Part shown: positions 55,097-64,000 of the stretch, piece by piece
Position numbering within the stretch: the first letter of the stretch is position 1
How the letters are laid out: the number at the start of each line of letters is the position of its first letter
DNA from: Planctomycetota bacterium
Lineage (GTDB): Bacteria > Planctomycetota > UBA11346
Assembly: GCA_025055595.1 (NCBI GenBank)
Contig: JANWWU010000078.1
Coordinates: 16,257-80,256, forward strand
Length of the DNA: 64,000 bases
Reading direction: 5' to 3'
The notes under the pieces: generated by a model
Seen by the model: only the letters and a program-made list of their open reading frames with translations
Told to the model about the DNA's origin: nothing
Database searches by the model: none
Position numbers and translations under genes: made by a program

Positions 55097-55756
55097 ATGT
55101 TTGCGCGGCGACGCACCGATCAGGTGTTCGCGACCCTGCAGCAAGTGCAACGGCGGATCACCGAGCAGGGTGGCGGCCATGTCGCGGCGGCGGTCACCCC
55201 CGCCGGCGTGCCGCTGCCGCAGCGCCCGCAGACCGCCATGCGGCAGACCGCCGTGCCGTCCCGCAGCGAGGCGGAGCAGGCGGCCATCGCGCCGCCGGTG
55301 CTGCCGCCGGGAGTCGGCGCGCATCAGCGCTATCGCGTCGAGCTCTCCGGGGCGATGGTCAGCCTGCTCGTCGTCTGCTGGCTGCTGTCGCTGGCCCTCG
55401 CCGTCATCATCACCGTCTGGGTGATGCGGACGCCGGCGACGCCCGCCTCATCTCCGGCTTCCGTCGCCGCTTCCGGGCCCGCAGGCGGTGCCGCATCGAG
55501 CCCGCGGTGGAAGCTGGTCGTCGCCAGCGAGCGCGCCAGCGCCGAGGCACGGCAGCGCTTCCTCGCCGAGCGGGCCTTCCTCAATCAGGTCGCAGAGCGC
55601 AACGGCTGGCCCCCCTTGTTCGACATCGAAGAGGGCGCCAACGGCCATCTGCTCCTGGTCTTCGGCCGTCAAGGGCTCGACAAAGCGGAATGGGTCGATT
55701 TCACTGCCAAGTTGAGCCGGCGGCATCCGGGAGCCACCTGGGTCGAGCTGCGCTAG
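55097..55756 (+). CDS. hypothetical single-pass membrane protein
   Basis: Internal Met MFARRRTDQVF... and a TM segment MVSLLVVCWLLSLALAVIITVWV. The track start at 54968 would overlap the divergent SPFH gene start. Confidence 0.45.
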   Translation: MFARRRTDQVFATLQQVQRRITEQGGGHVAAAVTPAGVPLPQRPQTAMRQTAVPSRSEAEQAAIAPPVLPPGVGAHQRYRVELSGAMVSLLVVCWLLSLALAVIITVWVMRTPATPASSPASVAASGPAGGAASSPRWKLVVASERASAEARQRFLAERAFLNQVAERNGWPPLFDIEEGANGHLLLVFGRQGLDKAEWVDFTAKLSRRHPGATWVELR

Positions 55757-55798
55757 CCGCGCTCGGCGCTGGCCGCCTTCGTCCCTGCCAGAGCGTGC

Positions 55799-57058
55799 TC
55801 AAGTCCCCGGGCGCTTCCACACCGGGCCCTGCCCACCGAGCACCGTGGACCCGGGCGGCGGCTTGGGCGCTTCGGGCTTGGGTGCGGCTCCGGCGCTGCC
55901 GGCACCGCCGCCGGCCGGCGGCAGCTCCGGCTGGGTCGCCGCTTTCGCGGCCTTCTCCTCGCGGCTGCGCTGCTCGAGCATCGCCTCGACATCGATGCCG
56001 AGCGCCTTCAAGCGCTTGGCGATGTCGTCCTTGTCGATCGCCTTCTCCCAGACCTCGAGCGGCTCGACCTCCCCGGACTTGACGCGGGCCTCCAGGGCAT
56101 CGTTGAGCAGCTGCATCCCGTACTTGGCGCCGGTCTGCATCGCCGAAGGAATCTGGAAGGTCTTGCCCTCGCGGATCAGCGAGGCGATGCCGCTCGTCAC
56201 GAAGAGGATCTCCAGCGCTGCACAGCGGCCGCCGCCCTTCTTCTTGAGCAAAGTCTGCGAGACGACGCCGCGCAGGCTGCCGGCGAGCATCAGGCGGATC
56301 TGCTCCTGCTCCTCGGCGGGGAACTGATTGATGATGCGATCGACCGTGCTCGCCGCCGTCGAGGTGTGCAGGGTGCCGAAGACGAGGTGTCCGGTCTCCG
56401 CCGTCTCGATGGCGATCCGCGTCGTCTCGAGATCGCGCATCTCGCCGACCAGCACGATATCGGGGTCCTCGCGCAGCGCCGCGCGCAGCGCCGCCGCGAA
56501 GCTTTTCGTGTGGTTATGCACTTCGCGCTGGTTGACCAGGCACTGCTTCATCGGGTGCACGAACTCGATCGGGTCCTCGATGGTGATGATGTGCTCCTTG
56601 CGCGTCGCATTGATATGATCGATCATCGCCGCCAGCGTCGTCGACTTGCCGGAGCCCGTCGGTCCGGTGACGAGCACGAGGCCCTTCTTGAAGTCGCAGA
56701 GACGCATCACGCCCGGCGGCAGGCCGAGCTGCTCGGCGCTGAGGATCTTGTCGGGAATGCGGCGGAACACCGCGCCGATGCCGTAGCGATCGCGGAAATA
56801 GTTGGCGCGGAAGCGCCCGATGCCCTCCAGCGCGTAGGCGAAATCGGTATCGCCGGTCTCTTCCCACTGCTTGCGGTTGCGCTCCGGACAGATCTCGAAG
56901 AGCACCTGCTGCAGCTGTTCACGGCTCAACTTGGGAGCGCCGGCGATCGGCACGATGTCGCCGGAGACACGTACCATCGGCACATGTTCCGAGGTCAGGT
57001 GCAGGTCCGAGCCCTTCTGCTCGGTCATGATCTTGAACAGGTTATCGATCCACGCCAT
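55799..57058 (-). CDS. pilT: type IV pilus retraction ATPase PilT with an extra C-terminal tail
   Basis: Walker A GPTGSGKSTT. AALREDPDIVLVGEMRD. The His box GHLVFGTLHT. The PilT-specific AIRLM-like region (IRLMLAGSL). The tail beyond the PilT core (Lys/Ala/Pro/Gly-rich) is not a PilT domain. Confidence 0.9.
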   Translation of the reverse strand: MAWIDNLFKIMTEQKGSDLHLTSEHVPMVRVSGDIVPIAGAPKLSREQLQQVLFEICPERNRKQWEETGDTDFAYALEGIGRFRANYFRDRYGIGAVFRRIPDKILSAEQLGLPPGVMRLCDFKKGLVLVTGPTGSGKSTTLAAMIDHINATRKEHIITIEDPIEFVHPMKQCLVNQREVHNHTKSFAAALRAALREDPDIVLVGEMRDLETTRIAIETAETGHLVFGTLHTSTAASTVDRIINQFPAEEQEQIRLMLAGSLRGVVSQTLLKKKGGGRCAALEILFVTSGIASLIREGKTFQIPSAMQTGAKYGMQLLNDALEARVKSGEVEPLEVWEKAIDKDDIAKRLKALGIDVEAMLEQRSREEKAAKAATQPELPPAGGGAGSAGAAPKPEAPKPPPGSTVLGGQGPVWKRPGT

Positions 57059-57122
57059 GCTTCGACCCCTTGGCCAGTACTATCGCCTGGCTTGCGGCTT
57101 GGCAATCGCCGGTATTCCCGGG

Positions 57123-60100
57123 CTATTTGACGACGCGCGCCCAGCCGCCGACACCCGTGGTGCTGACGCCGAAGGGCGCGAAAGGCGGTGTCCCTTCTTC
57201 CGTCAGCAAGTCGTAGTTGAATTCATAGATGCGTTGCGGCTCCGAATACACCGCTGGACTCTGCCCATTCCAATGTGCTGCCGGCACGGAGTACCCATAC
57301 ATCCCTACTTTGAACACCTGCAGGTTACCGTTGCGATCCGGACGACGATAGACGAAATTGTTGATGATCGACCGCCACTGGCCGCTGTTGTCGACGAAGC
57401 CGAAGGGCGTCGTGCCGTAAGTCTTGAAGCTGTCGAGCAGGAAGGCCTGCGTGTAACGGCGCGTATCCATGACCACGAGGCTGCCAAGGTACATCAAGGC
57501 GCAGCCATTCCAGTTCTCGAGCAAGAGGAAACTGTCGACGAAAGCCGCGGTCTGCCCCTCGGCGAGACGGTCGCGGGTCGTCGGCAGATTGTGCGTCGCG
57601 ATCGCGGCATTGTATTCGGTATTCGCGGCCCGAGGGCCGAAGGAGCTCATCGTCGCCAGCGTTCCGCTGCCGGTGACGCTCGGCGGGCCGCTGACATTGC
57701 TCACTGTCAACCCCGGAATCTGCGCATTCCCATCCAGCCAGGCATTTGATAAGAAGGTGATCGTATCCCCCATCAGGGCAACGGGCGTGAAGCGGTAGGC
57801 CACCGCGCCCTTGAGCGTGGTGCGGAAGCGATCGACATTGCAGTTGCCTTGCACATAGAGGGCATGCGGGGTGACGATCGTCGTCTTCCCCAGGCCGAAC
57901 TCGGGGATCGGAGTCACTTGCCAATCGTAGGCCGTCGTCGGGCCGATCGGGCGGCTGGCCGCGACACTGCGGGTGCCATCGTAGCCCCAGTCGAAGCGGT
58001 GGGCGTTGACGATGCGAACTCCGTGATGGAACTGCTGTGGCTTGAGCGGCAGGTCTTCCTTGAGATCGGCCGCCGCATAGGGCTGCAGGCGGTGGCCACG
58101 CGCGCTGTTCAGCCAAGCATAGGAGCCCTGCGGTGGCGGCGGGGGACTGCGCAGGCTCGCGTCATTGCCGATCTCCGGCGGGGCATCGCCCATATCTGCG
58201 CGGGAGTTCGGCAAGGGACTCAACCAGTGCGGGCTCCAGGGATTGATGCCCGTCGTGTCGGCACCGGCAGGCAGGCGCTCCGACTTGAGCCAGGGATTGA
58301 GATTCGGATTCCACGGATAACGATTGGTGCGCGCAGCATAGATCAGGCCAGAGAAGCGCTCTCGCAGCACATAATCCTGCGCCGGTGGCGAAGGATCGAC
58401 ATCCATGTGCCCCGGCAAGCGATCCGCCATCGCCTGGCTGATCGTCCGCGAACGCAGGTAGTTCTGGAGGGCCTCGATATCGAGCGTCAGCAGCGTGGTC
58501 TTGGCGAAGGCTTCGCGGATCGTCGTCTTTGTGAAGTTCTCGGCGGCGCTGGTCACCGGGTCCTTCTCGACGAGGTCGCGCTCGACCGTCGGCAAGTGCG
58601 GACTGGCATTCGGGCGCCGGACATCCCACCAGCGCGACTGGCTCCAGAACTCGCGGGCATTCCAGATCCAATCTTCGCTGGCGATGCGCCGCCCGGTCGC
58701 GGGATCGGTCCAGGTGAAGAAGTCTTCGGTGATCTCGCGCGTACCGAACCACACCTGATATTGGCTGGCCAGGTAGCGCCCCATCAGATCTTGACCGCTG
58801 CTGTCCGTATCCCAGTCCGTCGCATCGATGACATCGTCGGGGAACGGCAGGCTGGTCTGAATCCGCAAGTTGGTGAAGGTCGCCGTCACGACCTGGTTGA
58901 CATCCCCCGACTGAATGGCTGGACCGATCAGCAGGTGGCTGCCCCAGTTGCTGATGTCGAGCGTTCCCGGAACGCTCGTCCAGGTCGTGCCATTGGTCGA
59001 ATACGCGAAGGAGAGCGTCGATCCGCTCTGGCTGATCCGCAACCACAGACCGGTGATCGTGCTCGGTACGGAGATGTCGTCGGTCAGCCGGAAGTTGCCG
59101 GTCTGCAGACCGGCATTGCCCGTCGGATTGACGGTGCTGCTGGTCCAGGTAGTGCTGCCGGGATGCACATCGGGACGCCAACTGCGGGTCAACGGCCAGG
59201 TCGTCGGGCTGTTGCCTGCCCAGCTCGCCGGCCACAGCGCGCCTTGCGTCGGCACATACTGCGGCACCGCCGCGCTCAACCAGCTCTGGCTGTTGCTGAT
59301 CCAGCCGTTCAAGTCGAAGGTGATCGGCCGGCTGCTGCGCTCGATGCTGAATGTTAGACCGCCGTTAGAGACGAAGTCAGGCACGGTCGGATTGGCAGGA
59401 GTCGCCGGATCCGGGCAAGCGCTGTCGGCCGGCGCTGAGGGGGTGGGGCCAGTCCACGGCGATGAGGGGGTGGCGGTGTTGATCTCCGTGATCGAGAGGC
59501 CGGTGATCGCGGTGAGATCGGCGGCGGTGGCGTTCACGACCGTCCCATTCTTGTTGATGCGCAGCTGCCCGGCCGTGATCCAAGCCGTCGTCGGGCCGCC
59601 GACGCTCAAGGTTTGGGTCTCCGAGCTTCCCGACACCCAGGCGCCGTAGCTCGCGTTGTACAGCGTGTAGCGCAGCTGCGTGCGGTTGCCGCTGCTGCCG
59701 CCGAACAGGTACCAGCGATTGTCTGCAGGCGGCGTTCCACCCGTTAGGTAGCTGGTATTGATCTGGATCTGCCGGTTGTCGATGCTCGCCACGGTATACT
59801 TAGTTGTGCCGGTCGCCGCGCTGTAGATGCGCAGGTAACGATTGTGGTCGGTGCCATCGGCATCATTGATGTCATCGAACGGCGCGACATGATTCTGTAG
59901 CTGCACGGTCAGCACTTGCGTCGCCATGCGATACTTGCGCTTGTTGTACCAGGCGGTGCGCGTGCCTTGGAAGGTGCCGATGCTGAAGGGATCGAGGATC
60001 GTCCAGATCTTGCCGCCACCGACATCCTTGCTCATCGGCCCGCTGTAGGGCGTCGGCTGCTGGTTCCAAGTCACTGCCGAGGTCTGCAAGCCGCTGACTT

Positions 60101-63100
60101 CGGTCTGAATCGAACCGATGGTAACGGGAGTCAAGTCGGTCTGCAACAAGCGCGCAGTGCGCGTCACGCCCGCCACCGTATTCGGATTCTCGGCGATTTC
60201 ACCGCGGCTATTGACAGGGGTGCCGCTGGTCTCTGTGCCGTTGCCGATGTAGTACACACCGAGGGTGCGCAGTTCCTGCAGGTGGCGCTCGCCGCGCCGT
60301 TCGGTGAAGACGCCGCGCGTCGGTGAGAAGCCGATGAAGGCATACTGGGCCGCGCCGTTGAGCAGCGGCGAGAGGCCGCTCGAGCCATCGCGGATCATCA
60401 GCCCCACTTTCATCTGCTGCGGCCCCTGGATCTGGAACGGTCGATCGATGCGGACGATCGCCTGCTGGAAGTTGCTGCGCGGGATCCCCACTGCGCTGCG
60501 CGGCGGATTGAAGGCCGATGACGGGATCAAGGTTTCGCTGCCGAGCACCGGCTCGACAGTCTGCCAGCCGATGAACAGGCTTGGAGACGCGTTGCTGCCG
60601 TCGACCGCATAATCGATCTGGATCGGCACTGCCCTGTTCGCATGCAGGCGGATGGGGTTCTCGACCAGCGACGACACCCCCCAGTTGGTGAAGACCAGCC
60701 GCCCATCGACCCAGATGCGTACCCACTGGTGGCTGGCACTGCTGTTGTTGATCGTATAGCGGCTGCCGCTCGACGGAGAATTGCTGGTATAGGCGCGAAT
60801 GTAGTAGAGGTTGGTCGCCGTCGGGGTCAGGAAGCCCTCGAAACGCACGGAGCGCCGCTGATTGGCCAGGGAGGGCTGGATGCCGCTCGCTGCATTCGCG
60901 ACATTCGGCGTGGCGATGATGCCGGAACTCGGGGCAGTCAGCGAAACGATCGCGCTTCCGACAGGGCCGCCGACGAAGGACTGGCTGCCAACGCCGCTCG
61001 GGCGGTCAACGCACACCGTCACGCGCAAGCCATTGCGCGTCGTATCGATCGCGTGCCGGCCGAGGTGCACGAAACGCCAGTTCTGAGCATAGAAATATGG
61101 TTTGCGGCGGTAATAATCATCATAGCCAAGGTAGTTGTTGAGCGGGGTCACGGTATTCATCATCGCGGCGTTCTGGGCGCCGCTCATGATCAGCCGCCCC
61201 CCTGGGTAATAGGCGGCGTATTTCGCGATCTCGCTGTCGTTGATGCGCGCCGGATGCAAGGGGTCGTCCTGCCAAGTAATGCTGGTGCCATTGAAATTCC
61301 CCGAATAGCCCCAGGGATCCGCCGTCGGCGGTGCGCATACTTCGGCGATATGCGCGGCAAAAAAGGGAAAGTTGCTCGGATACCAATGCTTGCCGTAGGC
61401 ATAGGGCATCCAACGCGTGTCATGCGGAGGCACGATCCCAGCATTTTCCGTCCCCGGCCAGTGATCGACGCTCGGTGCCGGTCGTTCGCGAATGATCAGT
61501 CCGTTGATCGGTGCTTCTGTCGGGCGCTGCCCACTGAGCGTACGGATGTACCACCCCGTGCCATCCGGATAGCGGACCATGTAGTTTCCCGCGCCCATCG
61601 CATAACGCAGGTACTGCCCCGGCTCTTCGACCACCGGGGCGTTACCGCCAGCGCCATCAGGAAAGGCGGGGAAGCCCGGCAGAGTGGCTCTGGGGTAATC
61701 CGTCGTCGTCGTCCCATCGGCGCGGACGAAGAGCGGCCGGGCGAACTCATGCTCATCCGTCGCTTCGTCGCCATCCTGATCATGGTACTCCAAGCGCTGC
61801 GGTTCGAAGCCGCGATTGCGCATCCGTTCCGGCAGTTGCTTGACCTGCTGGCCGGTCACGCGCGTGCGCGCTTTGCCGTTGAAGCCCGGCGCCGACTGCT
61901 GGACGCTGATGACCGCCCAGCGTTGATCTGCGGGGCGCTGCAGATCGCGGGCATCATTCGCGATCTGCGGTCCGCTGAGCGCGCCCATGTAGGGCACCCC
62001 GCGAATCGCTACCCCATTGATTGTGACGCGATTGTCCTGAGCCCCCAGGCTATTCTCCGTGATCGCCGCACAGCCATCCTTGATCCGGTAGGGGTTGATG
62101 CGCCGCCCGTGGTCGGTCGCTTCGGCGAGGCTCGCGAGGGAAGCGCCTGGCGGATCGAGCGGCAACGGCATGCTGGCGATCGGCGTCGTCAGGTCGTAGG
62201 AGGCGAGCGCCGACCAAGTGATCGGCGTCAGACCGGTCGTCGCGTTCGGATTGCCATGGAGACCCGGCGAGCTGTTGTCGGTGAGCGGGAAACCATTGAT
62301 GATGCTGTACATCAGTGGCTTCGACAGGCGGAAGATGCCATCGACGCCATTGACTCGCACCGCTTGATTGTAGATATCCGGTCCGATCTGAGTCACTGCT
62401 GGCGCCAGCGTTCCAGTCAGGGGGCCGACGCGGGCGACGCGATCGTTGGCCTTCAGCCCGGAGCCGAGGTAGAGGGCGCCGTTGGTGTGCACGGAGCCCC
62501 GAATCGTCACCTGGTCGGCGTGCGAGAGCTCGAGGTCGCCCTTGGCGCCGCGTGCGGCGTAGAAGATCACATAGCGGAACAAGGGCTCGCGAATGACCGC
62601 CGCATAGCGCACGCCCTGCACCGCGACCGCCGGCCGCAGCACCTGCTGCCCGCTCGCGGTGAGTCCTGGCGGTGCCTGTGGATCGACGCCGATGCGCGCT
62701 TCGCCGGCGATGCGGAACATGTAGTTGACATCATTGGTCTGGAACGCTTGCTCGCCGCCAAGCGTCGTCTGCGTCGGCGGCGTCCAGTTCGGATCCGGAC
62801 TGGGGTTGGTGATGTGGAACACCGGATTGCCGCTGGCGTCGGTCGGCGGGGTGCGCACCGGCTCGATCTTCCAGCGCACTTCCGCGTCGCCGATGATGTC
62901 CACCCCGTAGTTGTTCTGCCAGCGCGCGATCTCGACCGGATCGCCCTGGCCGGCAAGCCGGACGACCTCGGCTTCGCGCCGCGAGAGGACGGAATCGAGC
63001 GCCGCAAACGCACGCTGATGCAGCGTCTGTTCCTGCGACGCGCGGGCGGACTGCGCCGCGCTCTCCATCGAAGCGAGCACGAGGACGGCGGCCAAAGTGA

Positions 63101-63188
63101 AAGCTCCCATCGCCACCGCGATCGCATTGCCGGAGCGAGCGTGCCTACGATGACGCATAGTGCCTCCCCGCGCACGGATGGTGCGCAT
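57123..63188 (-). CDS. giant (2021 aa) secreted or pilus-associated megaprotein with a PilX_N-like pseudopilin N-terminus and lectin-like (PA14-like, ConA/LamG-like) beta domains
   Basis: The N-terminus MRHRRHARSGNAIAVAMGAFTLAAVLVLASMESAAQSARASQEQTLHQRAFAALDSVL resembles the PilX N-terminal domain (hydrophobic helix then ...Q.AFQAAEAGL). HQWVRIWVDGRLVFTNWG is PA14-like. WLRISQSGSTLSFAYSTNGTTWTSV...SNWGSHLLIGPAIQSG is ConA-like/LamG. The overall composition is Thr/Gly/Ser/Asn/Pro/Trp-rich. It is a single uninterrupted ORF with no competing real ORF. The start is the track M or M11 (63158). Confidence 0.7.
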   Translation of the reverse strand: MRTIRARGGTMRHRRHARSGNAIAVAMGAFTLAAVLVLASMESAAQSARASQEQTLHQRAFAALDSVLSRREAEVVRLAGQGDPVEIARWQNNYGVDIIGDAEVRWKIEPVRTPPTDASGNPVFHITNPSPDPNWTPPTQTTLGGEQAFQTNDVNYMFRIAGEARIGVDPQAPPGLTASGQQVLRPAVAVQGVRYAAVIREPLFRYVIFYAARGAKGDLELSHADQVTIRGSVHTNGALYLGSGLKANDRVARVGPLTGTLAPAVTQIGPDIYNQAVRVNGVDGIFRLSKPLMYSIINGFPLTDNSSPGLHGNPNATTGLTPITWSALASYDLTTPIASMPLPLDPPGASLASLAEATDHGRRINPYRIKDGCAAITENSLGAQDNRVTINGVAIRGVPYMGALSGPQIANDARDLQRPADQRWAVISVQQSAPGFNGKARTRVTGQQVKQLPERMRNRGFEPQRLEYHDQDGDEATDEHEFARPLFVRADGTTTTDYPRATLPGFPAFPDGAGGNAPVVEEPGQYLRYAMGAGNYMVRYPDGTGWYIRTLSGQRPTEAPINGLIIRERPAPSVDHWPGTENAGIVPPHDTRWMPYAYGKHWYPSNFPFFAAHIAEVCAPPTADPWGYSGNFNGTSITWQDDPLHPARINDSEIAKYAAYYPGGRLIMSGAQNAAMMNTVTPLNNYLGYDDYYRRKPYFYAQNWRFVHLGRHAIDTTRNGLRVTVCVDRPSGVGSQSFVGGPVGSAIVSLTAPSSGIIATPNVANAASGIQPSLANQRRSVRFEGFLTPTATNLYYIRAYTSNSPSSGSRYTINNSSASHQWVRIWVDGRLVFTNWGVSSLVENPIRLHANRAVPIQIDYAVDGSNASPSLFIGWQTVEPVLGSETLIPSSAFNPPRSAVGIPRSNFQQAIVRIDRPFQIQGPQQMKVGLMIRDGSSGLSPLLNGAAQYAFIGFSPTRGVFTERRGERHLQELRTLGVYYIGNGTETSGTPVNSRGEIAENPNTVAGVTRTARLLQTDLTPVTIGSIQTEVSGLQTSAVTWNQQPTPYSGPMSKDVGGGKIWTILDPFSIGTFQGTRTAWYNKRKYRMATQVLTVQLQNHVAPFDDINDADGTDHNRYLRIYSAATGTTKYTVASIDNRQIQINTSYLTGGTPPADNRWYLFGGSSGNRTQLRYTLYNASYGAWVSGSSETQTLSVGGPTTAWITAGQLRINKNGTVVNATAADLTAITGLSITEINTATPSSPWTGPTPSAPADSACPDPATPANPTVPDFVSNGGLTFSIERSSRPITFDLNGWISNSQSWLSAAVPQYVPTQGALWPASWAGNSPTTWPLTRSWRPDVHPGSTTWTSSTVNPTGNAGLQTGNFRLTDDISVPSTITGLWLRISQSGSTLSFAYSTNGTTWTSVPGTLDISNWGSHLLIGPAIQSGDVNQVVTATFTNLRIQTSLPFPDDVIDATDWDTDSSGQDLMGRYLASQYQVWFGTREITEDFFTWTDPATGRRIASEDWIWNAREFWSQSRWWDVRRPNASPHLPTVERDLVEKDPVTSAAENFTKTTIREAFAKTTLLTLDIEALQNYLRSRTISQAMADRLPGHMDVDPSPPAQDYVLRERFSGLIYAARTNRYPWNPNLNPWLKSERLPAGADTTGINPWSPHWLSPLPNSRADMGDAPPEIGNDASLRSPPPPPQGSYAWLNSARGHRLQPYAAADLKEDLPLKPQQFHHGVRIVNAHRFDWGYDGTRSVAASRPIGPTTAYDWQVTPIPEFGLGKTTIVTPHALYVQGNCNVDRFRTTLKGAVAYRFTPVALMGDTITFLSNAWLDGNAQIPGLTVSNVSGPPSVTGSGTLATMSSFGPRAANTEYNAAIATHNLPTTRDRLAEGQTAAFVDSFLLLENWNGCALMYLGSLVVMDTRRYTQAFLLDSFKTYGTTPFGFVDNSGQWRSIINNFVYRRPDRNGNLQVFKVGMYGYSVPAAHWNGQSPAVYSEPQRIYEFNYDLLTEEGTPPFAPFGVSTTGVGGWARVVK

Positions 63189-64000
63189 TCAACGAGAAAT
63201 GCCGATGGGTTGTGAACCCAAGGTGTTGAAGATCTGATCGATATCGTAGCCCGATGAACGAGCGCGCATCGCCAGCGTCGTTTCGACGACGCGCGAGATG
63301 AGAACCCGCGGATCCGTCGCCAGCGGTCGAGCGAAGTACAAGCGCACCCGTACTTGGTTGACGCTCAGCGTCGTCACCGTGTTCGCGCCGGCATCGACAG
63401 TGCGATAGGTATCGAAGACGACGCGGACGACATGATCGGAGAGCACGCGATCGACCACCATCCCCACTTCTTCGCTGGCGATCGCGCCGCTGTCGGTGGC
63501 GACCTGCGAGATTCGCTGTCCGACTTCGACCCCCAAGGGAATGCTGGAAGCTTGCGGACGGCGATAGGCCCGCACCAGCCGTCCGGTGCCGAACGCGACG
63601 GGACTGCGGACGACCGCATACATGTATTCGCGCAGGCGTTCCGGGGCCTCCATATACGCGCGATAGCGTGCAGCGACGGTCGGCGCTCCCGGGATCGTCG
63701 CCGGTATCTGGGTGATATCCGGCTTGCGCATGCTCTCCCAGCTCAGTTTGATCGGGGCGCTCTCGGCGTCCGAGGGGTCGTACCACCCGCCATCGAGCGT
63801 CACCCCGTAGGGAATGCCGGGCGTACGTTCCACCCAGCCGGTCGACGTCTCGCGAAAACCGCTCGCGAAAAAGACACCCAAGCGGTCGTGCTGCCCCGGC
63901 AGGCGCCAGTCTTCAGCTGTCGTTTCGTACCCCATGTTGTCGAGCGTGAAGTTCAACAGCGGCAGCGAACGCCGCGATGGCAACTGTGCCAAGTAGGCTG
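63189..64000 (-). CDS. hypothetical protein, partial (the 5' end lies beyond the right window edge); directly upstream of the giant PilX_N gene
   Basis: The track ORF 63189..63992 starts at a TTG, but the frame stays open through to position 64000 (...QPYLAQLPSRRSLPLLNFTLDNMGYETT...). The composition is normal. The C-terminus is ...VNQVRVRLYFARPLATD...GISR. Confidence 0.5.
   Translation of the reverse strand, partial: AYLAQLPSRRSLPLLNFTLDNMGYETTAEDWRLPGQHDRLGVFFASGFRETSTGWVERTPGIPYGVTLDGGWYDPSDAESAPIKLSWESMRKPDITQIPATIPGAPTVAARYRAYMEAPERLREYMYAVVRSPVAFGTGRLVRAYRRPQASSIPLGVEVGQRISQVATDSGAIASEEVGMVVDRVLSDHVVRVVFDTYRTVDAGANTVTTLSVNQVRVRLYFARPLATDPRVLISRVVETTLAMRARSSGYDIDQIFNTLGSQPIGISR

Noticed and set aside
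60642-63215. 857-aa plus-strand ORF antisense to the giant gene
   Set aside because: Arg/Gly/Asp-rich shadow. The giant minus-strand ORF is uninterrupted for 6 kb with adhesin-like composition.

Overview
This is a high-GC window (roughly 70% by eye) that is almost entirely protein-coding on both strands. I support about 58 CDS. I could not find rRNA or tRNA genes, CRISPR arrays, IS elements or integrases.

Lineage markers point to a Planctomycetes-like member of the PVC superphylum. These are a prepilin-type N-methylation / DUF1559-like protein, a PSCyt1 (planctomycete cytochrome c) domain fused to DUF2231, many secreted HEAT and TPR proteins, and the very high GC content.

The content is mostly housekeeping: secA, dxs, purQ, pdxJ, trmD, gyrA, nadC, pcm, nspC, fabF, acpP, lipA, mutS, pilT and an mrp/apbC gene. 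Several accessory modules are interleaved with these:
- A cheY-cheB-cheR-cheX mini-operon with no cheA, cheW or MCP.
- A nfeD-nfeD-floA-small-gene flotillin operon, extended by a DUF4388/TPR gene and an LpxL-family acyltransferase.
- A second SPFH/flotillin-like gene followed by a 31-codon hydrophobic micro-ORF.
- A Ser-less ACP paralogue next to fabF and acpP.
- A tandem-hotdog FabZ-like protein translationally coupled to an ECF sigma factor.
- A 2021-aa secreted megaprotein at 57123..63188 with a PilX_N-like pseudopilin N-terminus and lectin-like (PA14-like, ConA/LamG-like) segments. It is encoded directly upstream of pilT and is the most unusual locus in the window.

Three caveats apply to the supplied ORF track:
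- It reports the longest ATG/GTG/TTG ORF, so true starts are often internal. I reposition them by residue counting.
- Because of the GC content it lists many long antisense 'shadow' ORFs that are Arg/Gly/Pro-rich and are not genes.
- It omits ORFs without an in-window stop. Two real edge-truncated genes, at 1..1215 (minus strand) and 63189..64000 (minus strand), are therefore missing or truncated in the track.

All functional calls rest on motif recognition from reading the translations. No database search was run, and start coordinates carry a codon or so of uncertainty.
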